64,000 bases of DNA from an uncultured Gemmatimonadales bacterium (GCA_963798915.1 CAWCVB010000001.1:64001-128000), one strand, 5' to 3'. Shown: positions 10,143 to 20,176, counted from the first letter of the stretch. Notes: generated by a model not told the origin, from the letters alone. Program-made: numbers and translations.

Positions 10143-11444
10143 GTGTATCTGATCCGGCTCGCCTCAGGCGAGGAACGCACATTTGCCACGATCGAAGAGC
10201 TCGCCGCTGCGGTCCAGAGCGGCGAGGTCGAGCGTGATGCGGCGATATTTCATCGCCGCACCAAGCAATGGCTCCCCTTGGAACATCATCCGTACTTCAC
10301 GTTTGCCACTGGTGAGTACAAGGCGCCCAGCGCACCCGATCGGCCGGAAACCAGATCGCCGCCGGGCGACGAGGCACCAGCGCCGGCCTCGCTGCTGGAT
10401 GAAGAAGAGCGGCTGACCTCGACACCCTCCAATGTCGCACCGCTGCGCCCGGGGCCCCCCGCCGCGCCACGCGCCGCACCGCCGCCCGTGAACGAGCCCA
10501 TCGCTCCGACCCCTCTCCGGATGGGGCGGACGGAGCCGCGCCCGCCGGAGCCGGCCCGGCGCCCCGAATCCAGGCCCCGCATCGAGACGGCCCCGCAACG
10601 AAGCGAGGCGCCGGCCGGGACCAGGCCGGCCCGGCGCCGCACCGGACTGGTCATTGCCATCATCATTATCCTGGGCTCAGCCATCGGGATATTGCTCGGC
10701 CTCAAATTGCGGAACAGCGCGGGCGGGAGGATCGCTGCCGAGGGGCCGTCGTTCCGGCCGGCGCCACCGCCGTCGTCAATTCTGGGCGACAGTGCTGGAG
10801 CGGCCGCCGCGGACAGTCTGACAAGGGGCCGAGCCAGGCCGGGCGCAACCCGGCGGATCGATCCCACCGCGCCAGTCAACTCCGACCAGCTGATGGATCG
10901 CCGGGAGCAGACGTTCCTGAATGCCCAGGCCCAGCTTGGGCGCGACCTGGCCGCGGTGGACTTCAACGGGATCTTCGGCGTGAGGGCACTCAGCTCGCCG
11001 GATGGTGCACGCGCGGCAAGGCGGGTGGTGGCTTCGGCACTCAACGTGGTGGGCCAGTTCCACCGGCGCGAAGTAATGGCGGACCGGGCCTACGAGGACA
11101 CGGCGGCCTATCAGACCACCCGCGCCGGCTGGACCAGGGACCAGATCACCGCATGGGACCATCGGCCCACCCTGAAAGAGCCGTACCAGTCCGCCGACCT
11201 GGCCGAGTCGCTGCTGGCGGACGCCGACAGCCTGCTCAGCATTCTCGGGTCTGGCACACAATGGACTGTGGAGGGTGACAGTCTGCGTTTCGTGGAGAAC
11301 GACCGTGCAGCGGCGTATCGCGCCCAGCGCCAAAGAATTACGCAACGCGCGGGGCCGCCGGTGGTGGATACCGCCGCGCGGCCGGCGCTTGCCTACGTGC
11401 GCGGCGCGGTGAACCCTGCATTACTGCCACCGGCCACAGAATAG
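10143..11444 (+). CDS. Hypothetical membrane protein: GYF_2-like N-domain, Pro-rich linker, single TM, helical C-domain; paralog of 20177-21625
   Basis: GTG start at 10143 (the upstream part of the track ORF is repeat-derived). TM GLVIAIIIILGSAIGILLGL. Both domains align by eye with the 20177 ORF. Confidence 0.7.
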   Translation: MYLIRLASGEERTFATIEELAAAVQSGEVERDAAIFHRRTKQWLPLEHHPYFTFATGEYKAPSAPDRPETRSPPGDEAPAPASLLDEEERLTSTPSNVAPLRPGPPAAPRAAPPPVNEPIAPTPLRMGRTEPRPPEPARRPESRPRIETAPQRSEAPAGTRPARRRTGLVIAIIIILGSAIGILLGLKLRNSAGGRIAAEGPSFRPAPPPSSILGDSAGAAAADSLTRGRARPGATRRIDPTAPVNSDQLMDRREQTFLNAQAQLGRDLAAVDFNGIFGVRALSSPDGARAARRVVASALNVVGQFHRREVMADRAYEDTAAYQTTRAGWTRDQITAWDHRPTLKEPYQSADLAESLLADADSLLSILGSGTQWTVEGDSLRFVENDRAAAYRAQRQRITQRAGPPVVDTAARPALAYVRGAVNPALLPPATE

Positions 11445-11447
11445 AAT

Positions 11448-12830
11448 TCAGGGCGCGGGCGCGTGGTCAATCAACACGCGCGCCATCTCCCGGTTCAGTC
11501 GATGGCGCACCCGCAATACCAGCAGTGTCGCGACGACACCAAGCCCTGCCACCAGACCCCACCAGAGTCCCTGTGGGCCCATTCGCATGGGAAACGCCAG
11601 CCAGAGACTGATCGGCAGGCCTACGAGCCAGAATCCGACCAGACCGATGATCATCGGATACCGCGTGTCTGCCACCCCCCGCAGGACACCGGCCGAGACC
11701 GCCTGCAGCCCGTCGAAGACCTGAAAGACGCCGGCGATCGGAATCAGGGTGGCGGCAAGCGTGACGACCGCCGCATCCCGGGAATAGAGCTGGGCGAACA
11801 GCGTTGGCAGGCTGACGAACGTGAGTGCCGTGCAGCTCATGAAGCCGACACCAAGCAGGAGTGATGCGCGCGCCGCCGCGCGCACCTGCTCCGGCCGGCC
11901 CTGGCCGACGGCGCGGCCGACCAGCACCGTGGCAGCGGCCGAGATACCGAGCGGGACCATGAACGTGAGCGACGCGAGGTTCAGTGCCACTTGATGCGCG
12001 GCCACCGCATCGGTGCCCAGACGCCCCATGAGCAGCCCGACTCCGCCGAACACACCGAACTCCAGCGCCATATGGATACCAATGGGCGCGCCGATCGCGA
12101 CCATGCGACGCAATGGCGCCGTGCGGAAAACCTCCGGGTGCAGTTCGCGGAGGTGGCCGTGGAGCTCGGGCCAGGCAGCCACCAGCAGCCCGAGCACTAT
12201 CACCCAGCGGGACGTGGTCGTGGCCCAGGCGGCGCCATTGGCACCCAGCGGCGGCATGCCCAGGTGTCCATAGACCAGACTCCAGTCGAGGAGCGCGTTG
12301 AGCAGGTTGGCCAGGAGCGTGAGCCAGACGATGGGTGCGAGCCGGCCCATGGCCTGGAGCGTCTGACGGAAAACCAGGAAGGCAAAGAACGGGAACACAC
12401 CCGGGATGATCCGCAGGGTATAGGCGTGGGCAATGACGACTGCGTCCGCGGGCTGGCCCAGCAGGGTCAGCGCCGGCCCGGCAAAGAAAAACGGGATGGA
12501 GACTGGCACCGTCAGTACGAGGGAAATCAGCAGCCCACGCTGCACCGCACGCGCAATTGCCTGCTCATCGCCAGCGCCCACTGCCTGCGAGACCACCGGA
12601 TCCAGCGCCATCACGATGCCAGTTCCGAAGATGGCAAAGGCAAAGAAGTACACATTGCCGAGCGCCACTCCCGCCAGCGCAGCGGCCGAGACCCGGCCCA
12701 CCATGATGGAGTCCACCACACCCATGAGCATGAGCCCGACCTGGACCACGACCACCGGAAGGGCCAGGCGCAGCAGCTCGCGGAATTCGGACCCGGCTGA
12801 CAGGCGTGGGTGGATTGGTTGGCGTAGCAT
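11448..12830 (-). CDS. MATE family efflux transporter (NorM-like)
   Basis: LALPVV...VDSIMVGR, FQVFDGLQ...GVLRG; about 12 TM. Confidence 0.92.
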   Translation of the reverse strand: MLRQPIHPRLSAGSEFRELLRLALPVVVVQVGLMLMGVVDSIMVGRVSAAALAGVALGNVYFFAFAIFGTGIVMALDPVVSQAVGAGDEQAIARAVQRGLLISLVLTVPVSIPFFFAGPALTLLGQPADAVVIAHAYTLRIIPGVFPFFAFLVFRQTLQAMGRLAPIVWLTLLANLLNALLDWSLVYGHLGMPPLGANGAAWATTTSRWVIVLGLLVAAWPELHGHLRELHPEVFRTAPLRRMVAIGAPIGIHMALEFGVFGGVGLLMGRLGTDAVAAHQVALNLASLTFMVPLGISAAATVLVGRAVGQGRPEQVRAAARASLLLGVGFMSCTALTFVSLPTLFAQLYSRDAAVVTLAATLIPIAGVFQVFDGLQAVSAGVLRGVADTRYPMIIGLVGFWLVGLPISLWLAFPMRMGPQGLWWGLVAGLGVVATLLVLRVRHRLNREMARVLIDHAPAP

Positions 12831-12940
12831 GGCGGCGGAATCTAGCGAGTGCAGAAGTCTGCAACAGCGCGCCGGCGGCTGGCACGGAATTTGGAAATGG
12901 AAGGTGCAACCCCCGGAATCGCGCCGTTTTCTCCTGTTTC

Positions 12941-14092
12941 ATGGCGGTGAAACGCGACGCCGACGGAGTTTCTGCAAGCGACCTCCAGCGCCAAAGGATC
13001 CGACCCGTGACCGCAGCCCTCGAGCCTGATGTCATTCCAGCGGAGCCCGCCCTGCCTGAAGTACCTGTCGTTCGCGGCCGCACCTGGAAGCCGGCTCGCC
13101 AGATTGCGGTGGACCTGGGAACGGCCAATACGCTGGTGCTGGTTCGGGGCGAGGGCGTGGTGCTCGATGAGCCTTCGGTGGCCGCGATGGACCAGGCCAC
13201 CGGCCGGATTCTCGGTGTCGGACACGAAGCCAAGCGGATGCTGGGTCGTACACCTGATGGCATCCGGGCGGTGCGCCCGATGCAGGACGGGGTGATCGCC
13301 GACTTCAGCGTTGCCGAGCAGATGCTGCGGCTCTTCCTGAAGAAAGTGCTCGATCGCCACATCCTCCGGGTCAAGCCGACCGTGCTGGTCTGTGTTCCCT
13401 CCAGCATCACTGAAGTCGAGCGGCGCGCCGTGCGCGATTCGGCGGAAGGCGCCGGCGCCAAGCGCATGTTCATGATCTCGGAGCCGATGGCCGCCGCGAT
13501 CGGTGCCGGGCTCCCGGTGGATGCCCCGACCGGATGCATGATCGTGGACATCGGCGGCGGCACCACCGACATCGCCGTGATCGCGCTCAACGGCATCGTC
13601 TGCGATGCCAGCGTCCGCACCGCCGGCGACGAGCTGGATCAGTCGATCGTGCAGTACATGCGCAAGACCTACAACGTGCTGATTGGCGAGCCCACCGCGG
13701 AATGCATCAAGATGCGCATTGGCAGCGCCATGCCGCTGGAAGACGAACTGTCGATGGGGGTCAAGGGGCGCGACCTGGTCTCGGGACTGCCCCGCACGGT
13801 AGTGGTTGATTCCGCCGGCATTCGCGATGCCCTGCAGGAGTCCCTCCAGAAGATCATCAACGGTATCCGTCAGGCGCTGGAAGTAACCCCTCCTGAACTC
13901 GCCAGCGATATTCTCGATCGCGGCATCACGCTCACTGGGGGTGGCGCCTACATCCGCCGCATGGCGGAACTCATCACCTTCGAAACCGGCCTGCCGGTCC
14001 ACATGGACTCCAACCCGCTGACCTGCGTGGTGCGCGGGACCGGGCTGGTCCTGGATGACCTGGCCCGCTGGCGGAGCGTGCTGACGGTGTAG
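12941..14092 (+). CDS. mreB: Rod shape-determining protein MreB/Mbl paralog (start uncertain)
   Basis: DLGTANTLV, EPSVAA, RPMQDGVIADF, EPMAAAIGAGL, DIGGGTTD, LTGGGA. Confidence 0.85.
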   Translation: MAVKRDADGVSASDLQRQRIRPVTAALEPDVIPAEPALPEVPVVRGRTWKPARQIAVDLGTANTLVLVRGEGVVLDEPSVAAMDQATGRILGVGHEAKRMLGRTPDGIRAVRPMQDGVIADFSVAEQMLRLFLKKVLDRHILRVKPTVLVCVPSSITEVERRAVRDSAEGAGAKRMFMISEPMAAAIGAGLPVDAPTGCMIVDIGGGTTDIAVIALNGIVCDASVRTAGDELDQSIVQYMRKTYNVLIGEPTAECIKMRIGSAMPLEDELSMGVKGRDLVSGLPRTVVVDSAGIRDALQESLQKIINGIRQALEVTPPELASDILDRGITLTGGGAYIRRMAELITFETGLPVHMDSNPLTCVVRGTGLVLDDLARWRSVLTV

Positions 14093-14242
14093 ACAGGACG
14101 GGCGGGACGGGCTGGATGGGCTGGATGGGCTGGATGGGCGGGATGGGCCGGCCGGCAGGGCGCGGACGCGCCTGGCAGCCCGGCCCGGCGCCGACCCGTC
14201 CTGCCGACCCCCGCCTCCCAACCCTCCCGTCTAGATTCAGAC

Positions 14243-15697
14243 ATGTCGTACCTCTCCGAGGATCAGCGCGGCCCCGGCTGGTGGCCGATTCCCCGACTGG
14301 CAGACGTCGCGCACGACGCCCGCACCAGGGAAGTCGTGGCGATCTGGCTGGTGGCTGGCCTGGTGGCCGTGCTCACGGCCGTGCTGGAGGCCCGGCTCAA
14401 CTGGAGTGGTATCCCGGTCCACCTGGGCTTCGTGACGGTGCCCCTCTCGATCTATCCTCCGCTCGCCATCACGCTCCTGCTGACTCTCTGGGTTGGTCCG
14501 GCCTGGGGTGCGATTCCCGCCTGGCTCGCTACGACGGTGAGCGGGTTGATGGCTGGGGTGACGCTCCCAGCCGCCATGCTTTTCGGCCTGGCGACACCGA
14601 TCGAGCTCGTCATCGTATGGGGAGCCATGGTGGTCCTGAATGCGCACCCCGACCTCGAAGACAGCGCCGATGTCGGGAAATTCCTGCTCGCCGGCGTCAT
14701 CGCCGCCACGGCGTCATCACTGGCGGGGCTGATCTGGATCACGACTCGCCAGCTGGACATGATGGAGGCCCAGCGGGTCTGGCGCGGATGGATTGTGGGC
14801 GACGTGCTTCAGCTCGTCGCGCTGGTGCCGGTGCTGCATTACATCGGCCACCCGGTCCGGAGCTGGGTTGACCGGATGGCGGCGAATCCGCCGCGCCACG
14901 CCTTTCGCTTCTCGCGTGCCGTCATGCTGGTTGCCGGCGTCGTCACGGTGCTCGCCGTGCTGGTCTTTGTCGGCGTGCGCCTCAGTGTCCATGCACTGGA
15001 CCTGGCGCCGGGGACCCTCACCGCCGGCGGACAGGCGCTGGTACCCCGCCTCCAGGAACTGGGCCTCTTCGTCGGGCTGCTTTTCGCCGTCACGGCCCTG
15101 ACGACCACCAGTTTTGCCTTCGCGCTGGCCCGCATCGGCGAGCGCGAACGGGGCGCCGCCCAGCGGGACCCGCTCACCGGCTGCTTCAACCGGCGGGCCT
15201 TTGCCACCTTGTTCGAGCGCGAAGTGGAGCGCAGCAAGCGGCTGGGACGCGGCCTTTCGCTCATCTATTTCGATATCGATCACTTCAAGCGCATCAACGA
15301 CACCCATGGCCACGACGTCGGCGACGCGATGCTGCGGCACCTGGTGAGCGTCACCCAGGCCGAAAGCCGGGAGCACGATATCCTCTTTCGGTGGGGTGGT
15401 GAGGAGTTCGTGCTGCTCTTGCCCCATACACCGCCCGACGAGGCGCTCGCCCTTGCCGAACGGCTGCGGCAGCGCGTCGCGCTCTCGCCGCTGCAGCGCG
15501 CCTCAGGAGCGGCCATTGCCGCCACCATCAGTCTCGGCACCGCCGGCAGCGCAGCGCTGCCGGTCACCGCGTCAACCATGATTGCCGTGGCGGATGCGGC
15601 GTGCTACCTGGCCAAGCGCGCCGGACGGAACCGGGTGGAGGATGGCACCAGGCTCACGGCAGAGACCGCGGAGCTGCCGGTGCTGGAGCATGCATGA
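14243..15697 (+). CDS. Membrane-bound diguanylate cyclase (MASE1-like TM region + GGEEF)
   Basis: DPLTGCFNRR, DIDHFKRINDTHGH, RxxD I-site (REHD), RWGGEEF. Confidence 0.9.
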   Translation: MSYLSEDQRGPGWWPIPRLADVAHDARTREVVAIWLVAGLVAVLTAVLEARLNWSGIPVHLGFVTVPLSIYPPLAITLLLTLWVGPAWGAIPAWLATTVSGLMAGVTLPAAMLFGLATPIELVIVWGAMVVLNAHPDLEDSADVGKFLLAGVIAATASSLAGLIWITTRQLDMMEAQRVWRGWIVGDVLQLVALVPVLHYIGHPVRSWVDRMAANPPRHAFRFSRAVMLVAGVVTVLAVLVFVGVRLSVHALDLAPGTLTAGGQALVPRLQELGLFVGLLFAVTALTTTSFAFALARIGERERGAAQRDPLTGCFNRRAFATLFEREVERSKRLGRGLSLIYFDIDHFKRINDTHGHDVGDAMLRHLVSVTQAESREHDILFRWGGEEFVLLLPHTPPDEALALAERLRQRVALSPLQRASGAAIAATISLGTAGSAALPVTASTMIAVADAACYLAKRAGRNRVEDGTRLTAETAELPVLEHA

Positions 15698-17862
15698 AGA
15701 TCGGGGAGGTCACCCGCCGGTGCCGTAGCGCCGCCGAAAGGGCGGGCGCCTGGATACGGGCCGCCGGCCGGCGCGCGGCGGCCACGCCGCAGGGCCAGTG
15801 GGTGCGGGCCCACTGGCTGGCATCGACTCTCATCGTGGTGCTGTTTGGCACCACCGTCACCGCCGGCTACGCCTTCTCCTGCGGCTTCCGTGGCTGCCCG
15901 TCCACCGAGAGCATCCAGGCCTTCCAACCGCGCGAGGGAAGCAAGGTCCTGGGCCGATCAGGGCAGCTGATCGGACGGCTGGAGTACGTGCGCCGGGTGA
16001 ACCTGCCACTCGACAGCGTTCCGCTTCGGCTGCGGCAGGCCTTCATCGCGGTCGAGGACCGCCGCTTCTACCAGCACCATGGCGTGGACTGGCGCAGCGT
16101 CTTCCGCGCCGCGTTCCGCAACGCACGCGCCCTCGGCGTCTCCGAGGGATTCAGCACCATCACCATGCAGGTCGTGCGTAACGCCTTCCTTCCGGACATC
16201 GCCCAGGAACGGACCCTCCGGCGCAAGCTCATCGAGGTGGTGCTGGCGCGCCGGCTCGAGCACAGTCTCTCGAAGGACCAGATCCTCCAGCTCTACCTGA
16301 ACATCATTTACCTCGGCGGCGGGGTGTACGGGGTCGAAGCGGCGAGCCGGGACTTCTTCGGAAAGCATGCGAGTGAACTGTCGCTACCCGAGATGGCCAT
16401 GTTGGCCGCCCTGCCCAAGGGGCCAAGCGCATATGACCCGCGCCGGCACCCGGAGCGCGCGCGCTCTCGGCGAAACCTGGTGCTGGCGCTGATGGCGCAG
16501 GAGGGATTCATACCGGAGTCCACCGCCACGGCGGCGGAGCATGCGAAGCTCATCGTGAAAAAGCAGGGCTGGTATCCGGACGTGGCCCAGATCGACGCGA
16601 TCGATCCGGTGCGTGTCATGGTGGATTCGGTGCTTGGGGACGACGTCGACCGGTATGGTGACATCATCGTCCACACGACGCTCGATCCCCGGGCGCAGCG
16701 GGCCGCCGAGCGAGCGGTGCGCCGGCACGCCGCAGCCATTGAGCGGCAGGCTGAATCAGGCGGTCGGAAGCGGCAGGAGGCCGTCGAGGGCGCCATGGTG
16801 GCGCTGGACCCCGAGACCGGCGGCATTCTGGCCCTGGTCAACGGCAACCACTATGAGCGTGGCGGCTTCATGCGCGCCTACGCGGCGCACCGCCAACCGG
16901 GCTCGGCCTTCAAGCCATTCGTCTACGGGGCCGCGCTGGCGGAAGGCTACACGCCCGCCACGGTGCTGGATGATTCCCCGGTGGAACTCGAGCTGGCCTC
17001 GGGCGAGACCTGGGAGCCCGATAACTATGGCGGTGAGTATTCGGGCCAGCTCACCATGCGCCGCGCCCTCATGCTGTCGGCCAACGCAGCTGCGGTGCGC
17101 ATGGCTGACCTGGCGGGCCGCCCCAACGTCATCACCTTTGCGCATCACCTGGGCATCAGCAGCCCCCTGCCGGACGTTCCTTCCCTGCCGCTTGGCTCGG
17201 CCGAAGTCACTCCCCTGGAGCTGGTACGAGGGTACGCGCCGTTTGCCAATGGCGGATATCGGGTCACGCCGCGACTGGTCACCAGCATCACCCAGCGCAA
17301 TGGCGAGATCATCTGGCAGGAGGATTCCACCATGCGCGCGCGGGTCCAGGTGATGGATCCGCGCGAGGCATTTCAGCTGACCTCGATGCTCCGCTCCGTG
17401 GTCGATCACGGGACGGCATTCGAGATCCGCCGGGAAGGGGTGCGCGGGCCCATCGCGGGCAAGACGGGGACGACCAATGATGGCAAGGATGTCTGGTTCG
17501 TGGGCCTCACACCAACTGTGGTGGCCGGTTTCTGGTTCGGCTATGACGTGCCGCAGTCACTTGGCTACGGCGCTACGGGCGGCCACATGGCGGCGCCCGC
17601 CTTCGCCGATTTCTATCGCGAGGGCTGGGCTGGGAGGGATACCACTGACTGGTCCAGGCCACCGGGCATGGTGAGCCGGGTCATCGATTCGTACAACGGC
17701 GAACTGGCCAACGAATACTGTCCGGTCACCCACCAGGAATGGTTCAAGGCGGGCACGGAGCCAACGACGGTCTGCCAGGAGCACAGTGGCTCGTTCTGGG
17801 ACGCGCTGGGCGAGATCGGCGGCGCCATCGGGAAGGCGTTCAAGAAGGCGTTGGGGTTCTGA
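15694..17862 (+). CDS. Class A penicillin-binding protein (PBP1A family)
   Basis: EDRRF, GFSTITMQ, RKLIE; SAFK, SAN and KTG motifs; ATG overlaps the upstream stop (ATGA). Confidence 0.92.
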   Translation: MKIGEVTRRCRSAAERAGAWIRAAGRRAAATPQGQWVRAHWLASTLIVVLFGTTVTAGYAFSCGFRGCPSTESIQAFQPREGSKVLGRSGQLIGRLEYVRRVNLPLDSVPLRLRQAFIAVEDRRFYQHHGVDWRSVFRAAFRNARALGVSEGFSTITMQVVRNAFLPDIAQERTLRRKLIEVVLARRLEHSLSKDQILQLYLNIIYLGGGVYGVEAASRDFFGKHASELSLPEMAMLAALPKGPSAYDPRRHPERARSRRNLVLALMAQEGFIPESTATAAEHAKLIVKKQGWYPDVAQIDAIDPVRVMVDSVLGDDVDRYGDIIVHTTLDPRAQRAAERAVRRHAAAIERQAESGGRKRQEAVEGAMVALDPETGGILALVNGNHYERGGFMRAYAAHRQPGSAFKPFVYGAALAEGYTPATVLDDSPVELELASGETWEPDNYGGEYSGQLTMRRALMLSANAAAVRMADLAGRPNVITFAHHLGISSPLPDVPSLPLGSAEVTPLELVRGYAPFANGGYRVTPRLVTSITQRNGEIIWQEDSTMRARVQVMDPREAFQLTSMLRSVVDHGTAFEIRREGVRGPIAGKTGTTNDGKDVWFVGLTPTVVAGFWFGYDVPQSLGYGATGGHMAAPAFADFYREGWAGRDTTDWSRPPGMVSRVIDSYNGELANEYCPVTHQEWFKAGTEPTTVCQEHSGSFWDALGEIGGAIGKAFKKALGF

Positions 17863-17873
17863 GGGGCGGAGAG

Positions 17874-18086
17874 CGGTCGACGGTCGACGGTCGACGGTCA
17901 ACGGTCAACGGTCAACGGTCAACGGTCAACGGTCGACAAGGCTCGCCCCATCGTCACCCCGGTGCAAACCGGGGTCCATGAGAGACTCGGGCACGGCAAC
18001 GACGCACAGATGAGCCCTCATCGATTCCCGCGTGCGCGGGAATGACGGTCCGACAAGAACCTGCCCGCCCGTCCTGCCCGTCCTGT
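17874..18086. repeat. Heptamer run (CGGTCRA)n + CGTC-type REP-like element (17952-18047) + 9-mer run
   Basis: About 9 heptamers, then cgtcaccccggtgcaaaccggggtccatgag...gattcccgcgtgcgcgggaatgacg, which is homologous to 5107-5202. Confidence 0.85.
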
Positions 18087-18644
18087 CTACTTCGCCCGCT
18101 CCAGATACTGCCCTGAACGCGGGTCCACCTTGACCCGGGCGCCTTCCTCGAGGAATTCGGGTACCGTGACGGTCACCCCGTTGCTCAGCTTGGCGGGCTT
18201 GCCGCTGGACGACTTGGTTGCGCCCCGCATGGCGGGAGCCGTTTCCATGATTTCCAGCTCGATTACCGCCGGCAGGCTGATGCCGATGGGCTTCCCCTCC
18301 AGCCACTCGGCCTGGAACACCATCTCGGGCTCCATCCAGGCAGCGGCCTCACCCACAATGTCGTTGTCGAGCGTGTACTGGTCGTAGGTGGAGGCATCCA
18401 TGACGTGCACGCCGTTCGCATCCCGGTAGAGCACCTGGAGTTCCTTGGTGTCGAGCCGGGCCGTCTCCACGTTTTCAGTGGACGAGAACCGTGTGTCGAA
18501 GGTGTTGCCGGACACCAGATTACGCAGACGGACCTGGACGAACGCGCGCAGGTTGCCGGGCGTACGATGCTGAAAATCCATCACACGGCAAGGCGCGCCG
18601 TCCACGATGACGACGTGGCCCTTGCGAATTTCAGATGCCTTCAT
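18087..18644 (-). CDS. efp: Elongation factor P
   Basis: 185 aa; HRTPGNLRAFV loop, KPAKLSNG, VPEFLEEG, VDPRSGQYLERA. Confidence 0.9.
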   Translation of the reverse strand: MKASEIRKGHVVIVDGAPCRVMDFQHRTPGNLRAFVQVRLRNLVSGNTFDTRFSSTENVETARLDTKELQVLYRDANGVHVMDASTYDQYTLDNDIVGEAAAWMEPEMVFQAEWLEGKPIGISLPAVIELEIMETAPAMRGATKSSSGKPAKLSNGVTVTVPEFLEEGARVKVDPRSGQYLERAK

Positions 18645-18787
18645 GTGGGCGGAGCTCCGATGCGAGAACGTGAGACGGGGCGGAAGATAAGACGGGAAGA
18701 CGGGAAGACGGGAAGGCGGGAAGCCCGCTGTCGATATAACTTCCCTTCCTCCTGTCCTCCCGTCATCCCGACTTTCGCGGAGCGAAC

Positions 18788-19039
18788 ATGTCCGACCCGT
18801 CCATGCGTACCGAAGAACACAAGGTCTCTGGCGAAGGCCTGGTCGCCAAGGTCAAGGAACTGATCCGGGAAGGAAACGTGCGCCGGGTGCGGGTCAAGAA
18901 CGACGAGGGGCGGACGCTGCTCGAGTTTCCGCTTACCATCGGCGTGGTGGGTGTGGCGCTGATGCCGGTCTGGGTGGCCCTCGGCGCCATCGCGGCGCTC
19001 GCCGCGGACTACACGGTGGAGATCGAACGCCGGTCGTAG
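18788..19039 (+). CDS. DUF4342 domain protein
   Basis: KVKELIREGNVRRVRVK...LLEFPLTIG signature. Confidence 0.85.
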   Translation: MSDPSMRTEEHKVSGEGLVAKVKELIREGNVRRVRVKNDEGRTLLEFPLTIGVVGVALMPVWVALGAIAALAADYTVEIERRS

Positions 19040-19066
19040 GGGCGCACGACTGTACGCCCCTACGAC
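19033..19066. repeat. GTAG-type REP hairpin between convergent genes (possible bidirectional terminator)
   Basis: gtcgtaggggcg-cacgactgta-cgcccctacgac. Confidence 0.7.
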
Positions 19067-19072
19067 GGCCGC

Positions 19073-19822
19073 TCACCTCACCTTTCGCAACAGCCTCAGA
19101 ATCTCGGTATACAGCCAGATCAGCGTCACGACCAGCGCAAATGCTGCGTACCACTCGATGATTTCGGGCGCGTGGCCCACGTTGTTCTCGATAAAATCGA
19201 AGTCCAGCAGCAGGTTGAATGCGGCCAGCGCGGTCACGAACACGCTGAACCCGATCCCGATGACGCCGCCCTCGGTGAGCATCGGGATGCTCACGCCGAA
19301 CAGCGCGCCGGCAAAGGCAAGAATGTAGAACAGGAAGATGGCCAGCGTGCAGGACACCACGATGGTCTTGAGCCGCTCGGTGACCTTGATGGCGCCAGTG
19401 CGGTAGGCAATGAACATCACGGCCAGGGTCGCCACCGTGAGCACGGCCGCTGTCATTGGCAGCCCGTGATACCTGGGATTCTGCGAGATCAGCAGCGTGA
19501 GCATGCCGAGCACCAGTCCCTGGACGCCCGCGTAGATGGGCGCCGTTGCCCGCGCCATTTCGGGGTGCCGGGCGGTGTAGAGGAGCAGTCCCACGCCCAC
19601 GACAAACCCCACAATGAACAGGCCGTACATCGCTTCCTGGCTCAGGCCGATGCCCGGCATGCCCTGCCAGACGTACAGCATCCCAGCCGACATGATTGCC
19701 AGCAGAATGAATGTCTTGCGCATCGTGCCGCCTACTGTCATGACGGCGCCGTCTTCGGCGGCAACGACGTTGCTGAAGTCGGCCCGGCGAAGGGCAGGAT
19801 TCCGGGTGGCGCGAGCGGCCAT
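19073..19822 (-). CDS. Bax inhibitor-1/YccA family membrane protein
   Basis: NPAL, MTVGGT, AAFNLLLDFDFIE, EWYAAFALVVTLIWLYTEILRLL. Confidence 0.88.
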   Translation of the reverse strand: MAARATRNPALRRADFSNVVAAEDGAVMTVGGTMRKTFILLAIMSAGMLYVWQGMPGIGLSQEAMYGLFIVGFVVGVGLLLYTARHPEMARATAPIYAGVQGLVLGMLTLLISQNPRYHGLPMTAAVLTVATLAVMFIAYRTGAIKVTERLKTIVVSCTLAIFLFYILAFAGALFGVSIPMLTEGGVIGIGFSVFVTALAAFNLLLDFDFIENNVGHAPEIIEWYAAFALVVTLIWLYTEILRLLRKVR

Positions 19823-20176
19823 GCAAAAGCTCCGGTCTATGCGTTGGAACGGGGACGAACTGGTCGTCCTGACGGGCGTGAGAACGAGGTAACATCGTGC
19901 ACCCTGTGCCTTTCGTCCAGACTGCATCACGTTGCACGACGTTCCAGCGCGCACGATGTCTTGAAGATCGCGAGAGCTGGCCGACAGCAGGGCCTCGCAG
20001 TGGGCTTGCCATGATCCCTCGACACATGCTGCAAGACCCGATTTTACAAGGACTTATGCAGGTACATGATGACCGGCGCCGACCCACGGCGGACAGGCAC
20101 GAAAATCGCCCGTCAGCGGGTGAATCCACCCCTCAGGCGGTTCGTCAGAGCCATCACGCAGCAACCGGGTCTTGCC

